64,000 bases of DNA. Source: an uncultured Candidatus Poseidoniales archaeon. GTDB lineage: Archaea > Thermoplasmatota > Poseidoniia > Poseidoniales > Thalassarchaeaceae. Under the pieces are notes generated by a model. The model worked only from the letters and a program-made list of their open reading frames with translations. It was not told where the DNA came from and did no database searches. The stretch spans positions 46,726 through 110,725 of the forward strand of contig CACGHY010000001.1 in NCBI GenBank assembly GCA_902573085.1. Reading direction: 5' to 3'. Both the position numbers and the translations under genes were made by a program. The number at the start of each line of letters is the position of its first letter. Position 1 is the stretch's first letter. Positions 58,038 to 64,000 of this stretch are shown piece by piece.

Positions 58038-58445
58038 TCACTTGTTCGATTCGACGAGTTCTATCAAAACTCCACCTGCCGAAGAGGGATGGACAAAGGC
58101 AATTCTATGGCCATCTGCGCCGAGGGTTGGTTGTTCAGAGACCATTTTCACCCCAGCGCTGAGCAAACTCGATATTGCCCCTTCTATATCTGCTACTCTA
58201 ACTGCGATTTGCTGGACTCCTGGTCCATTCTTGGAAATAAACTTCCCGACGGGAGTATCATCCCCTAATGGTTCTAATAATTCGATTCTTGGGGAAGTTT
58301 TTCCATGCATAAATCTGATTTTAACGCCATGTTCAGAATTTATCTGATCATCCCCCTGTGTGAATCCCAAGATAGTCCAGAGTCGTTGGGACTCGTCGAG
58401 TGAGGAAGTTGCAATTCCTATATGGTCAATCGTTCCGTCTGTCAT
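58038..58445 (-). CDS. mce: Methylmalonyl-CoA epimerase (VOC family)
   Basis: IDHIGIA, IELLEP, GPG...IA..V, AFVHP...GGVLIELV; next to the mutase. Confidence 0.92.
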   Translation of the reverse strand: MTDGTIDHIGIATSSLDESQRLWTILGFTQGDDQINSEHGVKIRFMHGKTSPRIELLEPLGDDTPVGKFISKNGPGVQQIAVRVADIEGAISSLLSAGVKMVSEQPTLGADGHRIAFVHPSSAGGVLIELVESNK

Positions 58446-59978
58446 TCAAACACCACTAGGCGATACCCACGTTCCAAATTCTTCTCTGAGTACTGAGTTA
58501 ATCTCTCCAACTGTAGTTTCGGCCTTCACAGCACAGATTATTGGATCCATTAGATTTGAGCCGCTTCTACAGCTTTCTCTAATTGACTGCAGAGAATCGT
58601 CAACTATTGATTGGTCCCTATTTTTCTTCATTTCAGACAATTCGGAAATCTTTCGTAGTTCTGCATCTGTATCGAGGACCAATCCCTCAAAATCTAGATC
58701 ATCTTCATTAACATGAGAATTGACGCCAACAACGAGTTCGTCGCCATTCTCTACCCTTTGTAAATGAGTCCAAGCGCTTTCATGAATGGCCTTTTGTTGG
58801 AAGCCTGATTTTACACATTCCATTGCGCCCCCGAGAGACTCTATTTCGTTAATCATATTTCTTGAATCCTCGATCAGCGAATCTGTCATAGTCTCAATCA
58901 CTATAGAACCGCCAAGAGGGTCTGCATGTTCCCTGATTCCGGTCTCTTCAGCGATAATCTGCTGTGTTCGCAGGGCTATTCTAGCAGATTCTTCGGTAGG
59001 TAAACCAAGTGCTTCGTCGAAACTGTTAGTGTGCAGTGATTGAGTTCCTCCGAATACAGATGCCAGTGCCTGATATGATACTCTAATTGCGTTGTTCATA
59101 GGCTGTTGTGCCGTGAGTGTAACTCCTGACGTTTGGGTATGAAATCTAAGCTGGGATGACTTAGGATTGGATGGTGAGAATTCGTTTTCGACCATCTCGT
59201 ACCAAAGCTGTCTGGCCGCCCTAAATTTGCTTACCTCCTCTAGGAAGTTGTTATGACATGCGAAGAAGAAGGAGATTCTTGGTGCAAAATCGTCCACATC
59301 CATCCCTTTATTGATTGCCTCTCTGACATAGTAAATTGCGTTTGATAATGTCATGGCAATTTCCTGAACGGCCGTACATCCTGCTTCTCGCATATGATAT
59401 CCGCTAATTGAAATTGTATTCCACCTAGGGGCATTTGAGGCGCACCATGAAATTAAGTCCGTGGTCAATCGTATGGATGGATCAGGTGGGAAAATGTACA
59501 AACCCCTAGAAATATATTCTTTTAGGATATCATTCTGAACTGTTCCAGTAAGATCAGAGCTTGGAATACCCTTCTCTTCTGCCACTGATATGTACAGGGC
59601 GAGCAGCGTAGCTGCTGGAGCATTTATTGTCATGGAGGTGGATATTGAAGACATTTCTATGTCTTCGAATAGCTGTCTCATGTCGTGAATTGAGTCTATT
59701 GCGACCCCTACTTTACCAACTTCCCCTATGGAAAGTGGGTCATCGGAGTCCAAGCCTAATTGCGTAGGTAAATCAAATGCTACTGATAGCCCTGTTTGTC
59801 CATTTTCTAGGAGTCTTTTAAATCGAGAATTAGTTTCATTTGGTGACGAAAAACCTGCATACTGCCTCATTGTCCATAATCTATCTGCGTACATTCCAGG
59901 ATGGATTCCCCTCCTATACGGCGGATCTCCTGAAGAGCCCGGATCGGAGGCGTGATCCGAAGCGTCGAATGTTGCCAT
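58446..59978 (-). CDS. Methylmalonyl-CoA mutase, substrate-binding (large) subunit
   Basis: WTMRQYAGF, GLSVAFDLPTQ, SMTIN, QNDILKEY..RG, ISISGYH, GGTQSLHTN; no B12-binding domain. Confidence 0.95.
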   Translation of the reverse strand: MATFDASDHASDPGSSGDPPYRRGIHPGMYADRLWTMRQYAGFSSPNETNSRFKRLLENGQTGLSVAFDLPTQLGLDSDDPLSIGEVGKVGVAIDSIHDMRQLFEDIEMSSISTSMTINAPAATLLALYISVAEEKGIPSSDLTGTVQNDILKEYISRGLYIFPPDPSIRLTTDLISWCASNAPRWNTISISGYHMREAGCTAVQEIAMTLSNAIYYVREAINKGMDVDDFAPRISFFFACHNNFLEEVSKFRAARQLWYEMVENEFSPSNPKSSQLRFHTQTSGVTLTAQQPMNNAIRVSYQALASVFGGTQSLHTNSFDEALGLPTEESARIALRTQQIIAEETGIREHADPLGGSIVIETMTDSLIEDSRNMINEIESLGGAMECVKSGFQQKAIHESAWTHLQRVENGDELVVGVNSHVNEDDLDFEGLVLDTDAELRKISELSEMKKNRDQSIVDDSLQSIRESCRSGSNLMDPIICAVKAETTVGEINSVLREEFGTWVSPSGV

Positions 59979-60018
59979 GATTCTGCCAAGTGGTTACATC
60001 CCAAGAACCATTCTCAGG

Positions 60019-60892
60019 CTACCGTCGGATTGTATAACCGTCCACAACACTCTCTAACGAATTCATTTGGTCGTCATTTATGATACCCTCATCTAGCTTC
60101 TCTTGGAGGAAATCCTTGGCTTCCTTAGTAGTCTGCCTCTCACCTCTGGCCCAAATTGTCGCTAAGAGATTTGAGCGAAACTCTTCTGACACGCCAATTT
60201 CTACAAGGAGTCTTCGCATCTCATACTTGTATTCCATGTGTCTACTTCTGTCCAGTCTTCGAGCACGGTTGGCGGGCTGATATGAGGAGGTCTTGCTCCG
60301 GAATTTTTTCTGAGGTTTTTTTGGCTCGGCTGTAGTTTCGGACGGGCGTTTCTTGGAAATATTACTAGTTTTTTCTTTCTCTGCTGCAAGTGATGCCCTT
60401 AGTATGCTATCTTTGATGATCTGCCTAGCCTTCAGACTTGTTCCAGAGTCTTCAAATTTAGGTTCCGCTTTCTTTATAATTTCAGCAGGCTTCTTTTCTG
60501 ATATTGTTGTTTTTTTATCCTGAGATGTCTCTTCACCTTTTTTTACCCCCAGCATCTGACTCTCCAGTATTGTTTCCTCTGGCTCTGTAATTTGAGCAAC
60601 ATCGGATTGCCCTTCCGCCTTTACAGAATCTGTTTGTTTATCCTGTTTAATTTCGCTAATTGTGGAAGTTTTTGGCTTTGACGTGGGTTTAGGCCTTGAA
60701 CCAGGTGCAGATGGGGGGGGCTGCTCTTGGTGACCTAGGTTTGGGCGATTTTGGTTTAGGAATACTGCCTGATTTTGTCTTGGAAGATGTCTGTGAAGTT
60801 GATCCGAAGATGTTCTTCGGTGCTGCTTTCTTCCTCCTTCTCCTCTGCACTGTGTAATCAACCCTCATTCCACCGGCCCTAAGGACTCTCAT
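60019..60892 (-). pseudogene. Lys/Pro/Ser-rich hypothetical protein split by a frameshift at a C8 run
   Basis: ORF 60689-60892 (...PRAAP) joins ORF 60019-60861 (PSAPGSRPK...) if one C of the run at 60713-60720 is removed. Confidence 0.7.
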
Positions 60893-60907
60893 AAGAGTTC
60901 GCGACTA

Positions 60908-61915
60908 TCATGACCAAACTACTGCGGTGTTATCGGTTCTAAGTGATGGGTCGATTCCACTATCCATTAGTTCTGTTTCTATACCACATTCAAGCATTCT
61001 GCGTCCCAACTCGGCAATCATAGTGCCGTTATCAATACAATATGGCTTGTCTGGCCAGAAACATTCTGCTCCCCTATCTTCACACATCATTTTACTCATA
61101 TTTCTAAGTCGCTCATTACAGGCAACTCCCCCACCGAGCAAAAGCTCATTCTTGCCTGTATGCGCTAATGCCCTCTCGGCTACTTCTACGCAAGTCGCGA
61201 ACGAATGTTCCTGGAGAGACCAACAAACTTCTCGCAGGGACTTGCCATCGGCAACTTTCTGTACCGCTGATGTAAGCATCCCCGAGAAAGCTAAATCCAT
61301 TCCATGGACCCCATATGGTAATAATAGATCATCGAGACTAGTATCACCTTTCTCGGAAAACTCATTCGATAATTTTTCTATTTCGGGGCCGCCCGGGAAT
61401 GGGATGCCCTGTGTTCTAGCGAATTTGTCCAGCATATTTCCAATTCCAATGTCAAGTGTTTCTCCTAGAACTCTGTACCTTCCGTCAGCTCTAGCGATTA
61501 CTTGGGTATTCCCGCCACTGACATATAGCAAAACAGGGTCCTTGCAACCAGTTTGGTTTCTACCTACCTCTATATGAGCAACGCAGTGATTGACTCCTAG
61601 TAGTGGTACGGCGAGTCTCGTAGACAAAGTTCTGGCCACAGATGCGCCTACACGAAGGCACGGCCCTAAACCTGGACCTTGGCTAAAGGCCACAGCAATT
61701 ATGGAATTCCAAGAAAAATCATCGGAACTAGACAGCCTCTCTAACAAATGGGATGTCGCCTCAGAATGATGATCAGCGGCTTCTCTTGGATGTATCCCCC
61801 CCTCCTCCGGACGATAAAGAGATGAAAATGAAGGGAATAGTTTGCCAGATGTGCTAACCCTTCCGAAAGAGAATGTATGAGCAGTGCTTTCTATTCCTAA
61901 AATAATGCCTTCCAC
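60908..61915 (-). CDS. kae1: tRNA t6A threonylcarbamoyltransferase Kae1
   Basis: LGIESTAHT, GGIHPREAADHH, GPGLGPCL, NHCVAHIE, YVSGGNTQ, GETLDIGIGN, DNG.MIA. Confidence 0.96.
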   Translation of the reverse strand: MEGIILGIESTAHTFSFGRVSTSGKLFPSFSSLYRPEEGGIHPREAADHHSEATSHLLERLSSSDDFSWNSIIAVAFSQGPGLGPCLRVGASVARTLSTRLAVPLLGVNHCVAHIEVGRNQTGCKDPVLLYVSGGNTQVIARADGRYRVLGETLDIGIGNMLDKFARTQGIPFPGGPEIEKLSNEFSEKGDTSLDDLLLPYGVHGMDLAFSGMLTSAVQKVADGKSLREVCWSLQEHSFATCVEVAERALAHTGKNELLLGGGVACNERLRNMSKMMCEDRGAECFWPDKPYCIDNGTMIAELGRRMLECGIETELMDSGIDPSLRTDNTAVVWS

Positions 61916-61965
61916 GGACCCCGGACGAGCGGGAGTTCTTTCAACTATCGGAATTTGGGGCCATC

Positions 61966-63258
61966 ATGAGAACTATCTTACACAATTGTGGAGAGATAGC
62001 ACACCTTTCTACCGGAGACGATGAGGACCCCCTTTCTGGAGAGAGACTTCTCGACAGGGAGTCATTAGTTCATCCTGCAGGTATGGCTATAATGATCAGT
62101 GGCGGATTCGTTGAGAAAATAGCTCCTTCAGAAGAAGTTTTGTCAGAGTTTGCACCCTGGTACCCGACAAATAGCGCGAGTAAGGATGTAGAAGTGATAG
62201 ATATCGGGGAGATGTCCGTAGTACCTGGTTTTGTTGACAGTCACACCCACCTGCCTTGGTCTGGGGATAGGACGAACGAACTTGCCATGAGATTGAGGGG
62301 TAAGACATACCGGGAAATCGCTCAATCTGGAGGGGGGATTATGAAGACGGTGAGGAATACCAGAAGTACGCCTAAACGAAACCTGGTAGGCAGTGGAATA
62401 TCTCGTGTGCAGGAATTTATCCGTAATGGAACAACTACCTTGGAGGCAAAGAGCGGGTATGGGTTGGACTTGGACTCTGAAGTTAAATTATTAGAGTCAA
62501 TATCTGAAATAAATCGTTCCACTGATATAGACATAAGGGCAACTTGGCTGGGTGCGCATGATTTCCCTCCAGAGATGGGAAGGGAGGATTATGTTGAACA
62601 CCTAATTTCAGATCAACTGCCTGTGATTTCTGAGCTCTCTCTGGCAAAATGGGTAGATGTATTCTGTGAACAAGGCTGGTTCACTAACGAGCAGACAGAA
62701 GATATAGTCAAGGCTTCGAAAAATTACGGAATGAAATCGAGATTGCATGTGGATGAATTCGTAGATACTGGGGGTCTTGCTCTGGCTGCCGAGCTTGGAT
62801 CAGTTAGCGCTGATCACGTTGCGTGTTCGAACGATGATTCCAGAGTCAGTGCAGCAGAATCCGGAACAGTTCAAACATTTCTTCCCGGTACGCCCTATAT
62901 CCTGGGAACTAGTCTAGAGTTGCCAATAAAAAGGTGCATTTCTGAAGATTGGCCTTTTTCGATAGCAACTGACTTTAATCCAAATTGCCCAATTACCTCA
63001 CTCCCATTGATTGGAAGCTTCGTAACACACAGATTAGGAGTTGATCCCATCGCAAGTTTGGTTGCAGTCACTAGAAACCCCGCAACAACAATGTTCGATG
63101 AAGAGGAACCGCGAGGGATAATATCAGAAGGAAGCATTGCTGACATGAATGTTCTCTGGTCTTCTTCTGCAGACTCTTGGTGCCAGACTCCGGGATCTTC
63201 ACCTGTGAAAGTTACGATCAAAAATGGCATTATTGTTAACTCAAACAAGACTTATTGA
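61966..63258 (+). CDS. hutI: Imidazolonepropionase
   Basis: PGFVDSHTH, Y.EIA..GGGI..TV, EAKSGYGL, GAH, DVFCE, HVDE, SADH, ATDFNP. Confidence 0.93.
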   Translation: MRTILHNCGEIAHLSTGDDEDPLSGERLLDRESLVHPAGMAIMISGGFVEKIAPSEEVLSEFAPWYPTNSASKDVEVIDIGEMSVVPGFVDSHTHLPWSGDRTNELAMRLRGKTYREIAQSGGGIMKTVRNTRSTPKRNLVGSGISRVQEFIRNGTTTLEAKSGYGLDLDSEVKLLESISEINRSTDIDIRATWLGAHDFPPEMGREDYVEHLISDQLPVISELSLAKWVDVFCEQGWFTNEQTEDIVKASKNYGMKSRLHVDEFVDTGGLALAAELGSVSADHVACSNDDSRVSAAESGTVQTFLPGTPYILGTSLELPIKRCISEDWPFSIATDFNPNCPITSLPLIGSFVTHRLGVDPIASLVAVTRNPATTMFDEEEPRGIISEGSIADMNVLWSSSADSWCQTPGSSPVKVTIKNGIIVNSNKTY

Positions 63259-63367
63259 TCCTAACAATGGATGATAATAATATCTATACGTTTATTCTAC
63301 GAAAATCACATTTTCATTTTTCATTATCCAGGAAAAGACCTAATCTAACAAAAATATCGACTGTTGT

Positions 63368-63395
63368 TGTACCGATAACATAGATTATCGGAATT
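63368..63395. other. Putative Xer/dif recombination site
   Basis: TGTACCGATAA-CATAGA-TTATCGGAATT: 11-6-11 layout with an ATAA-N6-TTAT core, in an AT-rich intergenic gap. Confidence 0.5.
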
Positions 63396-63516
63396 CTTCT
63401 TTACAACATTTACAATAATTTGCTCTCAGTATAGCGTTTTGTGAAAAAAAACGTAGAATTAACCAAATAACCCCTATTATATCAAAAATTGAATACTTGA
63501 ATGACTACCAGAGCAT

Positions 63517-63672
63517 ATGGCTTCAGGGCATAGTGGGTTTTGTATGAAATGTAAGAGCTACGTTAGAATCTCTGGACCAGAGTTGATCAAGATGAGTAAT
63601 GGCAGAACCAGGGTTGCGGGTAAATGTTCAATTTCAGGATGTGATGGAAGAATCTCAAAAATTGTCTCATGA
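63517..63672 (+). CDS. Small Zn-ribbon protein (DUF5679-like), 51 aa (not in ORF track)
   Basis: MASGHSGFCMKCKSYVRISGPELIKMSNGRTRVAGKCSISGCDGRISKIVS; TTGAAT 28 nt upstream. Confidence 0.75.
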   Translation: MASGHSGFCMKCKSYVRISGPELIKMSNGRTRVAGKCSISGCDGRISKIVS

Positions 63673-63717
63673 ACTATCAGAATCATTCTTGTGTGTGTTT
63701 CAATTCGAAGGAGAGCC

Positions 63718-63793
63718 GGGCTCGTGGTCTAGGGGTTATGACGTCGCCTTGACATGGCGAAGATCGCAGGTTCAATTCCTGCCGAGCCCACCA
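63718..63793 (+). tRNA. tRNA-Val(GAC), CCA encoded
   Basis: Acceptor GGGCTCG/CGAGCCC+ACCA; anticodon arm TCGCC-TTGACAT-GGCGA; T-loop GTTCAATTC. Confidence 0.96.
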
Positions 63794-63814
63794 ATAGAAT
63801 TGATACTAAATAGT

Positions 63815-64000
63815 TTATTTATCAAATTCATATGAAATTCTCAATCTGCCCTTACCCTTGTTCTTCTTTGAGATGAACTTGACTCTGGGTATCATAGAAG
63901 TGTTAGAAGCGTGTGTTCCAGCACATGGACACAAATCTATATCTTCGATTTCAACCACTCTTAGGTGTTTGATTGACTCCGGAATCCTGTGCATGAACTT
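63815..64000 (-). CDS. AlaX-type alanyl-tRNA editing protein, C-terminal part (truncated by window end)
   Basis: ...LRVVEIEDIDLCPCAGTHASNT...KNKGKGRLRISYEFDK*. Confidence 0.85.
   Translation of the reverse strand, partial: KFMHRIPESIKHLRVVEIEDIDLCPCAGTHASNTSMIPRVKFISKKNKGKGRLRISYEFDK

Noticed and set aside
58446-59978. Mutase lacking a B12-binding domain as a pseudogene
   Set aside because: Split large/small subunit mutases are normal in archaea; the catalytic motifs are intact.
60927-61577. 216-aa ORF antisense to kae1 and the many other antisense ORFs in the track
   Set aside because: Shadow ORFs of well-supported genes, with no recognisable motifs.
63259-63793. Integrated element or att site at tRNA-Val
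   Set aside because: No integrase, no duplicated tRNA 3' end seen, and flanking genes are housekeeping.

Overview
Gene-dense core-chromosome segment of a euryarchaeon, most likely Marine Group II (Ca. Poseidoniales). That placement is inferred from archaeal information genes (proteasome beta, aCPSF1, tRNA splicing endonuclease, Kae1, S19e/L39e/L31e/S17e, 7S SRP RNA) mixed with bacterial-type metabolic genes (thyA-folA, PlsC-like acyltransferase, pntAB, class 2 pyrD, YgfZ, YdeP/FdhD) and secreted peptidases/surface proteins. About 65 CDS, tRNA-Pro(TGG), tRNA-Val(GAC) and SRP RNA were found; no CRISPR array, transposase or prophage. The most notable signals outside the ORF track are: (1) a recurrent non-canonical TTGA(A/T)N hexamer about 29 nt upstream of many start codons; (2) a dif-like TAA-N6-TTA palindrome in the only long AT-rich gap; (3) an unannotated ribbon-helix-helix gene with 11-bp-phased repeats heading a folE-queE-queC-msrB-queD operon, whose queE appears to start at CTG; (4) an alternating purine-pyrimidine tract upstream of topA; (5) two genes split by one extra C in poly-C runs; (6) a stand-alone PqqD-like gene next to a small membrane ORF.
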